64,000 bases of DNA from an uncultured Bdellovibrio sp. GTDB lineage: Bacteria > Bdellovibrionota > Bdellovibrionia > Bdellovibrionales > Bdellovibrionaceae. A program made the position numbers and the translations under genes. A model generated the notes under the pieces. The model made no database searches, was not told the origin of the DNA, and saw nothing but the letters and a program-made list of their open reading frames with translations. The stretch lies in contig CAWVRN010000001.1 in NCBI GenBank assembly GCA_963932905.1, positions 160,001-224,000 on the forward strand, written 5' to 3'. Below are positions 30,021 to 41,826 of this stretch, one piece after another (position 1 is the first letter of the stretch; each line of letters starts with the position of its first letter).

Positions 30021-31163
30021 TTGTTCGTAGAGAATATTTTAATAAAAGATTTTCGAAATATAAAATCTTTGCAAACCAGCTTTTCTAAGAACCTGAATGT
30101 GTTTTTAGGAAAAAATGGACAAGGCAAAACGAATTTACTGGAAAGCATTTATTTACTAGTAAATGGAAATTCGTTTCGCTACTCGAACAATGAATCTTTT
30201 ATCAACTACTCGTCTGAAAATAAGGCGTCAGTAAGTTTGATTCAATCCGTATTTCATCAAAACAGTTTGAAATATAATTTGAAAATGACGATTCAAAAAA
30301 AAACGAAAGAATTTTTCGTTAATGAAAAAAAAGTGTCGTCGGCACAAATTCAAAAAAAATTTTCGGTGGTTTTGTTTTCTCCGGAGAGTTTAAGTTTCAT
30401 AAAAGAATCGTCTGAATTTCGCCGAGTTTTACTCGACGAATTTTTAGCTTCCGTAGATTCAAAAAATGTCGATATAATTTCTGATTTCAAAAAAGCGCTC
30501 AAGAACCGTAACCGGCTGCTAAAAGACTTCAGGGATACCAAGATACCAAAAACCCAGTTTGACCCCCTCTTTGACTCGCTGACGGAGCTATACTTGGCTA
30601 AAGCAACCGATCTAGTGTGGAAAAGACTAGAGGCACTAGACAAAATTAAGGGCGATCTTAATGACAACATGCAATATATTAGTCAATCCAATGTGGATAT
30701 ATTTGTGGACTATGTGGCTTCCGATGAATCTTTTTTGCATTTTACGCGAGAAAAAATAGCAGAAAAACTAAAAAAACGGGCCCAAGAATTAAGATCGGCG
30801 GAAGTGTCGTCTGGAAGCTCATTAGTTGGCCCTCATAAACACGAAATTTTGTTTCTATATAACCAAAAAGATTCACGATTTTTTTGTTCGCAGGGGCAGC
30901 AAAGAGCTATTATATTATCTTTCAAAATGGCTCAAATAGTGTATCATCGAAGGGTTCACGGAACTTACCCAATTTTACTTTTGGATGACGTTTTGTCTGA
31001 GCTAGACAGCGAAAAAAGATTTCGGCTTGTAGAGTTTCTAGAAAAACTAGAAACTCAGATTTTTATTACAAGTACCGAGATTGATGCCGTCGAAAATTTA
31101 AATAAAGAGAACGTAAAAATTAAGTATTTAGATAATGGAATAATTAAAGATGATAGAGACTAA
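30021..31163 (+). CDS. recF: DNA replication/repair protein RecF
   Basis: FRN, GKNGQGKTNLLESI, GPH, SQGQQR, LLLDDVLSELD; TTG start. Confidence 0.97.
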   Translation: MFVENILIKDFRNIKSLQTSFSKNLNVFLGKNGQGKTNLLESIYLLVNGNSFRYSNNESFINYSSENKASVSLIQSVFHQNSLKYNLKMTIQKKTKEFFVNEKKVSSAQIQKKFSVVLFSPESLSFIKESSEFRRVLLDEFLASVDSKNVDIISDFKKALKNRNRLLKDFRDTKIPKTQFDPLFDSLTELYLAKATDLVWKRLEALDKIKGDLNDNMQYISQSNVDIFVDYVASDESFLHFTREKIAEKLKKRAQELRSAEVSSGSSLVGPHKHEILFLYNQKDSRFFCSQGQQRAIILSFKMAQIVYHRRVHGTYPILLLDDVLSELDSEKRFRLVEFLEKLETQIFITSTEIDAVENLNKENVKIKYLDNGIIKDDRD

Positions 31164-31177
31164 CCCTCTCTAGCTAA

Positions 31178-33610
<2,433 letters not shown>

Positions 33611-33669
33611 ACGAAACTAGAATTTTTTAATTATTGGTCTCTAGAATTTGAGACTTGGAAGAGGTGTTT

Positions 33670-36141
33670 ATGGAAATGGAAAAAGGGATTTCTACCATTG
33701 ATATAAATAAAGAAATGCGTGAAGCGTACTTACAGTACTCAATGTCCGTTATTGTAGGACGTGCTTTGCCTGACGTTCGTGATGGATTGAAACCAGTTCA
33801 CCGTCGTATTTTATTTGCTCAACATGAGATGAGTAATACTCATGATAAACCATACAAGAAATCAGCCCGCGTGGTTGGTGACGTAATCGGTAAGTACCAT
33901 CCACATGGTGATACTGCGGTTTATGATTCTATCGTTCGTATGGCTCAGGAATTCTCACTACGCTACCCGCTTGAAGATGGCCAAGGAAACTTTGGTTCTA
34001 TCGATGGCGATTCTCCAGCGGCGATGAGGTATACGGAAATTCGTATGACTCGTTTGGCAGAAGAATTACTAGAAGACATCGATAAAGAAACAGTTCCATT
34101 TGGTCCGAACTACGATGATTCATTAGAAATTCCGCTAGTATTACCTGCAAAATTTCCATGCTTGTTGGTGAATGGATCGTCAGGTATCGCGGTTGGTATG
34201 GCGACAAATATTCCGCCACACAACTTGGGTGAAGTTATCGATGGTTGTATCCATTTAATTCAAAATCCAAAATGTTCGATTGATGATTTGATTGCTAAAA
34301 TTCCTGGGCCCGATTTCCCTACTGCGGGCGTAATTGCCGGTCGTGAAGGTGTTATCCAAGCTTACAAAAAAGGTCGCGGAATTATCACAATCAAAGCCGT
34401 TGCTGAAATCGTGACTAAAAAAGATCACGAAGAAATCATCGTGTCTGAAATTCCATATCAAGTTAACAAAGCAAAATTGATTGAAAGTATCGCGGACCTA
34501 GTTCGGGAAAAAACTATCGAAGGCATTTCTGATATTCGTGATGAATCATCACGCGAAGGCATGCGTATCCTAGTGGTTCTAAAACGCGGGGAAAACGCTA
34601 GCGTTGTTTTAAATCGTTTGTACAAATACACTCAAATGCAAGTTAGTTTCGGTATTATCATGCTGGCTCTTGATAAAAAGAACCAACCGATCACTTTCGA
34701 TTTAAAACAAATGTTAGAAGCGTTTGTTGATCACCGCCGTGAGGTTGTGACTCGCAGATGTTTATTTGATTTGAAGAAAGCGCAAGAAAAAGCACATATT
34801 TTAGAAGGTTTGAAGAAAGCGTTAGATCACATTGACGCCGTAATCGCCACGATCCGTGGGTCTTCTGAGGCATCCGTTGCTAAAGAGCGTTTAATAGCGC
34901 AATTCGAATTCTCAGACCGTCAAGCCGTTGCGATTTTAGAGATGCGTTTACAACGCTTAACGGGTTTAGAGCGCGATAAGATCTTGAACGAACTTTCTGA
35001 ACTACTAAAACACATCGATTGGTTGAAGTTCATCCTTAGCGACGTTAACGAAATTTACAAATTGATCGTTGCTGAGCTTGAAGAAATCAGAACTAAATAT
35101 TCTGATAAACGTCGTACTCAATTAGAGGGCGGCACTGATGATCTTGAAGATGAAGACTTAATTGCAGATGAAGAAGTAGTCGTGACTATCACGAACACGG
35201 GTTACATCAAACGTATTCCTACTGACGAATACCGCACGCAAAAACGTGGTGGTAAAGGAACTAAAGGTATGGAAACGCGCGAAGAAGATTACGTCACAGA
35301 CATCTTCACAGCGTCGACTAAAACAATGCTTCTTGTTTTCACAGACAAGGGTAAAGTTTACTGGTGTAAAGTTCATAAATTACCACTTGGTAGCCGTACA
35401 TCAAAAGGTAAAGCGATTCACAACGTCGTACAAATCGATTCGAACGAACGCGTAAGAGCGATTTTGCCAGTTGAAGAATTCTCGGAAAATAAATTCGTGG
35501 TGATGTTGACTGAAAAAGGTGTGATCAAGAAAACTTCTTTGGATGCATTCTCTAACCCAAGAACAAACGGTATCATTGCATTAACGACAGATCTTGAAGA
35601 TGGCGTTATCGATGCACAAATTTCGGATGGTACATCAGATATTTTCATCGCAACTAAAGAAGGTATGTCGATTCGTTTTGATGAATCTGATGTACGTGCC
35701 ATGGGACGCAGTGCTCGCGGCGTAAAAGGTATCACTCTTGAAAAAGATGATGCTGTAGTAGCGATGACTGTTCTGGAAAGAAACTCGAAATCAACAATCT
35801 TGATGGTGACCTCTAAGGGCTACGGCAAGCGTACTAGCATGGAAGAATACCGTACTCAAGGTCGCGGCGGCGTAGGTATCATCACCCAGAAAACAACAGA
35901 CAAAGTTGGTTTTGTTATTGGAACTAAAAAAGTTGAGGATACTCAAGATTTGATGATTTCTACAGATAAAGGCCAAGTGATTCGTATGGGTATCGGCAGC
36001 ATCTCTGTTATTGGTCGTAACACTCAAGGTGTTCGTTTGATCAACTTAGATGACAAAGACGAAGTCGTATCGGGATTTGCCGTTATCGATCAACTAGAAG
36101 AACCTACTGAAGCCACGCCGGCTCCTGAAAACAAGCACTAG
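33670..36141 (+). CDS. gyrA: DNA gyrase subunit A
   Basis: DGLKPVHRR, HPHGD, AAMRYTE, GyrA-box QKRGGKG; start at ATG 33670 after GAGGTG. Confidence 0.99.
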   Translation: MEMEKGISTIDINKEMREAYLQYSMSVIVGRALPDVRDGLKPVHRRILFAQHEMSNTHDKPYKKSARVVGDVIGKYHPHGDTAVYDSIVRMAQEFSLRYPLEDGQGNFGSIDGDSPAAMRYTEIRMTRLAEELLEDIDKETVPFGPNYDDSLEIPLVLPAKFPCLLVNGSSGIAVGMATNIPPHNLGEVIDGCIHLIQNPKCSIDDLIAKIPGPDFPTAGVIAGREGVIQAYKKGRGIITIKAVAEIVTKKDHEEIIVSEIPYQVNKAKLIESIADLVREKTIEGISDIRDESSREGMRILVVLKRGENASVVLNRLYKYTQMQVSFGIIMLALDKKNQPITFDLKQMLEAFVDHRREVVTRRCLFDLKKAQEKAHILEGLKKALDHIDAVIATIRGSSEASVAKERLIAQFEFSDRQAVAILEMRLQRLTGLERDKILNELSELLKHIDWLKFILSDVNEIYKLIVAELEEIRTKYSDKRRTQLEGGTDDLEDEDLIADEEVVVTITNTGYIKRIPTDEYRTQKRGGKGTKGMETREEDYVTDIFTASTKTMLLVFTDKGKVYWCKVHKLPLGSRTSKGKAIHNVVQIDSNERVRAILPVEEFSENKFVVMLTEKGVIKKTSLDAFSNPRTNGIIALTTDLEDGVIDAQISDGTSDIFIATKEGMSIRFDESDVRAMGRSARGVKGITLEKDDAVVAMTVLERNSKSTILMVTSKGYGKRTSMEEYRTQGRGGVGIITQKTTDKVGFVIGTKKVEDTQDLMISTDKGQVIRMGIGSISVIGRNTQGVRLINLDDKDEVVSGFAVIDQLEEPTEATPAPENKH

Positions 36142-36163
36142 GCTCGGGATAATTTAAAACGTA

Positions 36164-36964
36164 ATGTTTAAATTTATTCTGGTAGTTTTGATTTTTGCGC
36201 TGATGAGCTGCTCACCTCCTGAAAAAAAAGAATTTCAGCGAGGTGAAAGTAGTGTCGCTAGAAAAGAATTTAAAACGGCCATTGTACATTTCGACAACGC
36301 TATAAAAGTAGCGCCTGAATCAGTTTGGGCGCTGAAATCAGCTAGGGAAGCGGCTCGCGTGGCCCACTACTTAGAGAAAGATTTCAACACGGCGATCAGG
36401 TTCTATCGTCATATGGTTCTTTATTCCGATAATTCGGAAGAAAGAAATAAATCACAAAAAGAAATTGCCTATCTTTATTTTGATTCTCTACAGAATTATC
36501 CACAGTCCATTATTGAATTTTATAAATTATTGCAGATGTCGGACAAGGATTTTGAAATCGCGACCTACAAACTGGCCATTGCACGTGCGAACTATTATTT
36601 GAATCAGTTTAATCAGGCGTTAAGCGAGATTGGTGAAATCATTCGTTTGAAAATTACAGAAGAGTTGCAGTTTGATACTCAGCTTCTACAGGGAAATATC
36701 TACGTGGCTCAGAAATCTTTCGTGAAAGCGATCGTTGTTTTTACGGAGTTACTTAAGAAATTTCCAGAGAAATCAGATAAAGAAAACGTCGCGTTGACCC
36801 TAACCGTTTGTTATGAAGAAAACTTTCAATACAAAGAAGCGATTCAAATTTTAGAAACCTTAAGAAATAAATATCAACCCAAAGAATACATTGAGTTGCG
36901 AATTAAACGAATTAACGAGCGTATTAAAAATCAGCCGGGCGCAAAGGGATTACATAGAAAATGA
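36164..36964 (+). CDS. Tetratricopeptide-repeat lipoprotein
   Basis: Lipobox LMSC; repeated helical pairs with the TPR A/Y pattern (AIVHFDNAI, AIRFYRHMV, AIVVFTELLKKFP). Confidence 0.8.
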   Translation: MFKFILVVLIFALMSCSPPEKKEFQRGESSVARKEFKTAIVHFDNAIKVAPESVWALKSAREAARVAHYLEKDFNTAIRFYRHMVLYSDNSEERNKSQKEIAYLYFDSLQNYPQSIIEFYKLLQMSDKDFEIATYKLAIARANYYLNQFNQALSEIGEIIRLKITEELQFDTQLLQGNIYVAQKSFVKAIVVFTELLKKFPEKSDKENVALTLTVCYEENFQYKEAIQILETLRNKYQPKEYIELRIKRINERIKNQPGAKGLHRK

Positions 36965-37173
36965 ATAAGTATATTGTCTTTGCGGGAATTGGTTTTGAAC
37001 TTGTTGGTTTGATTGTTGTAAGTGTTTATGCGGGTGAATATCTAGAACAACTGAAGCCAACAAAAGGCCTTTGGGTTGCGGGGTTGATACTATTATCACT
37101 GGTCGGCTGGATGATTCAGCTGGTTTACATGTTAAAAAATACCGAGAAACAAAAATCAGAAAATTCTAATTAG
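36961..37173 (+). CDS. AtpZ/AtpI-family small membrane protein
   Basis: 70 aa, two TM helices (GIGFELVG..YAGEYLE..); lies upstream of atpB-atpE. Confidence 0.75.
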   Translation: MNKYIVFAGIGFELVGLIVVSVYAGEYLEQLKPTKGLWVAGLILLSLVGWMIQLVYMLKNTEKQKSENSN

Positions 37174-37612
37174 GTAGGCATGCAATTTCTGTAGACCATC
37201 CATTACGATGAGAAATTGAAATTGTAGAAGGATTTGACTTGGCCTCGATAAATTCATAGCGGGTTTCAAATCGATCTGAATCAGGGACTGCGGTTACTAC
37301 TAAGCCTAGTGATTTGGTAAAACCGATTCGAAATACCTGAACTTGACCACGCAAGTTCGCTTTAAAATCTAAAAGATAAGGTTTCCTGAAATCTAACCGT
37401 TGAGCTTCTAAACCTATTAAGGTTCCTGGGCTGTGAGTTTGAATTAAGTACTGTGATAGAGCGCCATTAGATACTGACGACCCCCTGGAAACTAGAGTTG
37501 GAGCTAGTATTTGCCCTGCGGCTTTTGTTTTAAGGACACAGTAATAAGACTGCGCTTGAGCGAAAACGGAGAATGCAAAAGAGAATAGGAAAATAATGGT
37601 TAGAGCTTTCAT
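37166..37612 (-). CDS. Small exported hypothetical protein
   Basis: Signal peptide (..SVFAQA), beta-rich, one Cys near each end. Confidence 0.75.
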   Translation of the reverse strand: MKALTIIFLFSFAFSVFAQAQSYYCVLKTKAAGQILAPTLVSRGSSVSNGALSQYLIQTHSPGTLIGLEAQRLDFRKPYLLDFKANLRGQVQVFRIGFTKSLGLVVTAVPDSDRFETRYEFIEAKSNPSTISISHRNGWSTEIACLPN

Positions 37613-37725
37613 AGGGACCTAATTTACCCAGTTTTTTTGCTGTAGCCAATGAACAGGGTTTATACATATAAAAAAGGAAGTTAACCTAATGCCCAGGTAA
37701 GACATTGAAATGACTTGGAAAACAG

Positions 37726-38106
37726 GTGAACTTGGGGTACATCAAGGTTGTGTTGGCATTTCGTTTTATAATTTGGATTACGGCTGTTCAGGTTTTTCTG
37801 ACTGTTTTAGCGGGCTTCTTTTGGCCTTTGAAATGGATTTCCATTGCCTGCGGAAGTGCAATTTCCCTAATTAATTTGTGGGTTTTGGCACTAGCCTGGG
37901 TTTTCATTTTTTACAAAAAAAGAGTTGCCCCTTCTATTAGTGTTGTTGTAATTAAATACGGAATTTTGATTTTAATTTTTTCCCAAGTACCGCAGGTAAA
38001 ATGGGTAGACCAAAACGCCCTTGTTTTAGGTGTACTGATAAACCCCGTATCGCTGCTTCTAGGTGGAATTTTAGCAGGATTCACTCAAACGAATAGAGGA
38101 AGTTAA
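37726..38106 (+). CDS. atpI: ATP synthase subunit I-like membrane protein
   Basis: Four hydrophobic helices, GSAISLINL motif; stop overlaps the atpB start (TAATG). Confidence 0.75.
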   Translation: MNLGYIKVVLAFRFIIWITAVQVFLTVLAGFFWPLKWISIACGSAISLINLWVLALAWVFIFYKKRVAPSISVVVIKYGILILIFSQVPQVKWVDQNALVLGVLINPVSLLLGGILAGFTQTNRGS

Positions 38107-38792
38107 TGTCATTCAACTGGACACAGTACGCAGTCGGACACGAAAATGCTCATATAGCTACTTTGGGAATCGCAAGCGTGGCTGCCTTAACCATGGGTCT
38201 GATCGCAAAATCCCAGCTAGGTACTGGTGAAAAAGCTCTGGTTCCAGCAGGAAAGTTTTCATTACGCGCTTTGTTCGAAGTTAATGTTGAATTCATTCAT
38301 AAATTGGCGCTTTCGATCATTGGCAAAAACGGCGGTAAATACGTTCCTTATTTTTCTGCTCTTTTTGGTTTCATTTTCTTGAATAACTTAATTGGTGTTA
38401 TTCCCGGAATGACTCCAGCGACTGAAAACATAAACACCGCATTTGCTTTCGGCGTTTTTTCTTTCTTATCGTACAATTTCGTTGGAGCAAAAGAAGGTGG
38501 CTCTCATTATTTTGCCCACTTTTTAGGTCCAATCTGGTGGTTAGCTCCTTTGATGTTAATCATTGAACTGGTAGCTCACTTTATTCGTCCATTAACTTTA
38601 GGTTTACGTTTGTCCAATGTAATGACTGGTGATCACACGGTGCTTTCGGTGTTTCTGAATATCGTTCCGTACCCTATTTTGATTCCGATCCCATTCTACA
38701 TACTGGGCTTAATAGTTTGTTTTATCCAAGCGTTTGTTTTTACTTTATTATCAATGGTTTATATCGCTTTAGCGCAGGCATCAGATCATTAA
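38106..38792 (+). CDS. atpB: ATP synthase F0 subunit a
   Basis: NLIGVIPG, RPLTLGLRL (essential Arg), IQAFVFTLLSMVYI. Confidence 0.97.
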   Translation: MSFNWTQYAVGHENAHIATLGIASVAALTMGLIAKSQLGTGEKALVPAGKFSLRALFEVNVEFIHKLALSIIGKNGGKYVPYFSALFGFIFLNNLIGVIPGMTPATENINTAFAFGVFSFLSYNFVGAKEGGSHYFAHFLGPIWWLAPLMLIIELVAHFIRPLTLGLRLSNVMTGDHTVLSVFLNIVPYPILIPIPFYILGLIVCFIQAFVFTLLSMVYIALAQASDH

Positions 38793-38852
38793 TAAGAAGA
38801 AACAATAGAGTTTGGGAAAAAAATAAATAATTGTCTTAATTAAGGAGATAAA

Positions 38853-39185
38853 ATGAAAAAGTTAGTAACGGTTTTGGCAACAGTTTTGGCATCAGCTTCT
38901 GTATTTGCACAAGAAGCAGCGACTCACACAACTACAGCGGCAGCAACTGCTGGTGATAACAAAGGTATGTTTGCAATTGCAGCTGCTCTTTGTATGGGTA
39001 TTGCGGTTCTTGGCGGTACTTTAAGTCAAGGTAAAGCAGCTTCTGCAGCACTTGAAGGTATCGCTCGTAATCCAGCAGCTCAAGATAAAATCTTCACTCC
39101 AATGTTGCTTTCATTGGCTCTTATCGAGTCACTAGTAATTCTTGGTTTCCTAGTAGCTTTCGTAAAAATCGGTGGTTTATTATAA
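38853..39185 (+). CDS. atpE: ATP synthase F0 subunit c with an N-terminal signal-peptide-like extension
   Basis: ARNP loop, ALIESL carboxylate; strong TAAGGAG SD preceded by an A/U-rich tract. Confidence 0.97.
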   Translation: MKKLVTVLATVLASASVFAQEAATHTTTAAATAGDNKGMFAIAAALCMGIAVLGGTLSQGKAASAALEGIARNPAAQDKIFTPMLLSLALIESLVILGFLVAFVKIGGLL

Positions 39186-39232
39186 TCTGATTTTCCTCGC
39201 GGAAAATAAGTATTATAAAATCGACAAGATTT

Positions 39233-39260
39233 TAAAAAGGAACCTTTGGGTTCCTTTTTA
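39233..39260. terminator. Bidirectional intrinsic terminator after atpE
   Basis: TAAAAAGGAACC-TTTG-GGTTCCTTTTTA perfect hairpin with A and T tracts. Confidence 0.85.
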
Positions 39261-39308
39261 ATTTTGTGTTTCAGAATTATGAGGTTCGAGTTTGATTCTG
39301 AAAATAAA

Positions 39309-39341
39309 AAAGCCCACTTTATCGGTGGGCTTTCTTTTTTT
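39309..39341. terminator. Second intrinsic terminator between convergent atpE and PMM/PGM
   Basis: AAAGCCCAC-N7-GTGGGCTTT followed by a T tract and preceded by an A tract. Confidence 0.8.
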
Positions 39342-39369
39342 CAAAGCTTATATTTGGAATTCGTTTCAA

Positions 39370-40734
39370 TTATAAGTACGGATTAACAACCGCTTCGACC
39401 TGTTTTCTGATTTTTTCTAAACCTTCTTTTGTGTCAGATTCGTAGCGTAGAACTAGCACGGGTTGTGTGTTAGAAGCTCGGCATAGGGCCCAGCCATATG
39501 GGAAAGAAATACGGATACCATCCGTCAGATTCACTTTGTAATCACCTCCTTGAGAGAAGGCTTCTTTCATTTTCTCAACGATCATTATTTTTTTCTCTTC
39601 CGTAGTATCAATACGCATTTCTGGTGTATTGAAGGCCGGAGGTAGGCCTTCTAATAATTGAGGCAGATTTTTGCCGGTTTTAGAAAGGATCTCTACCAAG
39701 CGAACTGCCGCGTACGGAGCATCGTCGTAGCCGTAATTACGATCTGCGAAGAATATGTGACCACTCATTTCGCCGCCAAACGGTGCTTTTTCTGACTTAA
39801 CTTTTTCTTTGATCAAACTGTGACCTGTTTTCCACATGATAGGAACGCCACCATGTTTTGCGATATCATCATATAGGCGGTCACTGCATTTTACGTCCCC
39901 GATAATTTTTGCACCTTTATTGGATTCCAAAACGGCTCGCGAGATAACAACCATGAGCTCATCACCATAAAGCATGCGGCCAGTGTGATCAATAACACCG
40001 ATACGATCGGCATCGCCGTCGAAGCCGATTCCAGCCACCGCGCCCGTTTTCAAAACTTCGTTACGCAAGTGAATTAGATTTTCTTCTACCGTTGGATCTG
40101 GATGATGATTTGGGAATGTACCATCTGGTTTTTCAAATAAAATAATTGGATCAAGGCCAACAGCATTGAACAGTCCGCGCACAACAGAACCACCAGCACC
40201 ATTGCCGCAGTCAAGCACCACGTTTACCGGTTTTAAATTTCCAAATTCTTTTTTGTAACGTGCATAATACTGTGGAAAAATGTCGTAAGTCGATTCAATG
40301 CCTTTGCCGGTGATGAAATCTTTCGCTTCGATAATTTTTCTTAAGTTTTGAATCTCTTCACCGAAGATAGTTGTTTTCCCTAAAGAAATTTTAAAGCCGT
40401 TGTATTCAGGTGGATTGTGCGATCCAGTGATTTGCACAGCTCCATCCACACCCGGAACCTCGAATGTTGAAAAATAACATACCGGAGTCGTTACTAGTCC
40501 TAAATGCTTTACGTTCACACCGGATTCTAGGAACCCTTTAGTTAACGAAGCTTTGATTTCAGCACAAGATAAACGTGCATCGTGTCCCATTGTGATTGTT
40601 AAATCTTTCTTATTTGTTTTTTTACTTAAGTAAGAAGCAAATGCTTTTCCAAGTAGGTAGGCAAAGTCTTTATCGAACTCTCCGTTGTAAACGCCACGAA
40701 TATCGTACTCTCTGAAAATTACATTTTTATACAT
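39370..40734 (-). CDS. Phosphomannomutase/phosphoglucomutase (AlgC-type)
   Basis: IFREYDIRG, TGSHNP, FDGDADR, GEMSGH. Confidence 0.96.
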   Translation of the reverse strand: MYKNVIFREYDIRGVYNGEFDKDFAYLLGKAFASYLSKKTNKKDLTITMGHDARLSCAEIKASLTKGFLESGVNVKHLGLVTTPVCYFSTFEVPGVDGAVQITGSHNPPEYNGFKISLGKTTIFGEEIQNLRKIIEAKDFITGKGIESTYDIFPQYYARYKKEFGNLKPVNVVLDCGNGAGGSVVRGLFNAVGLDPIILFEKPDGTFPNHHPDPTVEENLIHLRNEVLKTGAVAGIGFDGDADRIGVIDHTGRMLYGDELMVVISRAVLESNKGAKIIGDVKCSDRLYDDIAKHGGVPIMWKTGHSLIKEKVKSEKAPFGGEMSGHIFFADRNYGYDDAPYAAVRLVEILSKTGKNLPQLLEGLPPAFNTPEMRIDTTEEKKIMIVEKMKEAFSQGGDYKVNLTDGIRISFPYGWALCRASNTQPVLVLRYESDTKEGLEKIRKQVEAVVNPYL

Positions 40735-40851
40735 AGAAATATCTCCTAAACCGAATACAGGATGATAGAGTTGTTACTTTTTAAGTTCAACGAGTTTTCA
40801 GCTGAACATCCAGAAATTACCGTAATTTCAAAACAATCGGGCAAAAATGGC

Positions 40852-41826
40852 CTATCTTAGAAGCCGCTCCGCAAGTAAGAGCGCCTCTTTCATGGAGTTG
40901 GGGTTGGCCAGGTTTTTTCCGAAAATTTCTTTTGCGGTGCCATGATCGACACTTGTTCTTATAAACGGTAAACCGAGCGTCACGTGCACGCCGGAGTCTT
41001 GACCATGAATTGTTTTAAACGGGATCAAGCCTTGGTCATGATAAGGACACAAATAAATACTGTATTTATCCCAATTGGATTTTAAAAAAGCCGCATCAGG
41101 AACTAGAGGGCCTACTAGTTTTAAATCTTGCGTATCACTCTTAATCTGCTTAGCGAGGTAATCTTCTTCGCCGGTTGAAATCATTCCTTTTTCGCCAGCG
41201 TGAGGGTTTACTCCAACCACGGCAACGGGTTTTTTATTCTGCCGCATGCCTTTGCGAAATGAACCAACAATAGTAAAAACATTTTTCCAATCAATACGTT
41301 TAAGTTCTTTGGAAACTTGGCTTAGCGGAACATGACCGGTTAACAACATCACATTAAAATACTTTCCAACGAAACCCATGTATAAAGATTTTGTTTTTGA
41401 AACGTGAGCCAATATTTCCGTGTGACCTATAAAAGGATAGCCAGCTTCTTTTATCAAAGTTTTGGAAAGCGGTCCTGTCACAAGTGCCGTAGTTCTCGAG
41501 TTGTTCAAGCAAATCTTGGACAGATTAACAATCCAGTCAGCCGGTGAATCCAGAGCAATTACAAAATTAAGTACCGGTTTGTTTGACAGAATAGATAAAT
41601 CCCACAAATCAAAATCAAGTGAAGTCGTAGTTACGCAATTAAGGGTGAAATGTTTTTTCAAAAGATTGAAATATTTTTTTTGATATTTACGAGTAACAAA
41701 CAGAAATACGCGATTGATTTTACAGAAACTGACTGGCAGTTGAACGAGAGCCTTTGTGGCCACCTCGAAACCTACGCCATCGGCGTCGCCCGTAGTGACC
41801 AATATGTTTTTTTTACTTAGTTTCAT
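40852..41826 (-). CDS. pdxA: 4-hydroxythreonine-4-phosphate dehydrogenase family protein
   Basis: GDADGVG, GHTE, NPHAGE, YHDQGLIPFK, RTSVDHGTA. Confidence 0.93.
   Translation of the reverse strand: MKLSKKNILVTTGDADGVGFEVATKALVQLPVSFCKINRVFLFVTRKYQKKYFNLLKKHFTLNCVTTTSLDFDLWDLSILSNKPVLNFVIALDSPADWIVNLSKICLNNSRTTALVTGPLSKTLIKEAGYPFIGHTEILAHVSKTKSLYMGFVGKYFNVMLLTGHVPLSQVSKELKRIDWKNVFTIVGSFRKGMRQNKKPVAVVGVNPHAGEKGMISTGEEDYLAKQIKSDTQDLKLVGPLVPDAAFLKSNWDKYSIYLCPYHDQGLIPFKTIHGQDSGVHVTLGLPFIRTSVDHGTAKEIFGKNLANPNSMKEALLLAERLLR

Noticed and set aside
36496..36504. Isolated perfect DnaA box TTATCCACA in the TPR gene
   Set aside because: A single intragenic 9-mer with no cluster is compatible with chance.
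39280..39296. GGTTCGAGT resembling a tRNA T-loop
   Set aside because: No T-stem pairing, acceptor stem, anticodon arm or CCA; it sits in the loop of an unrelated hairpin.
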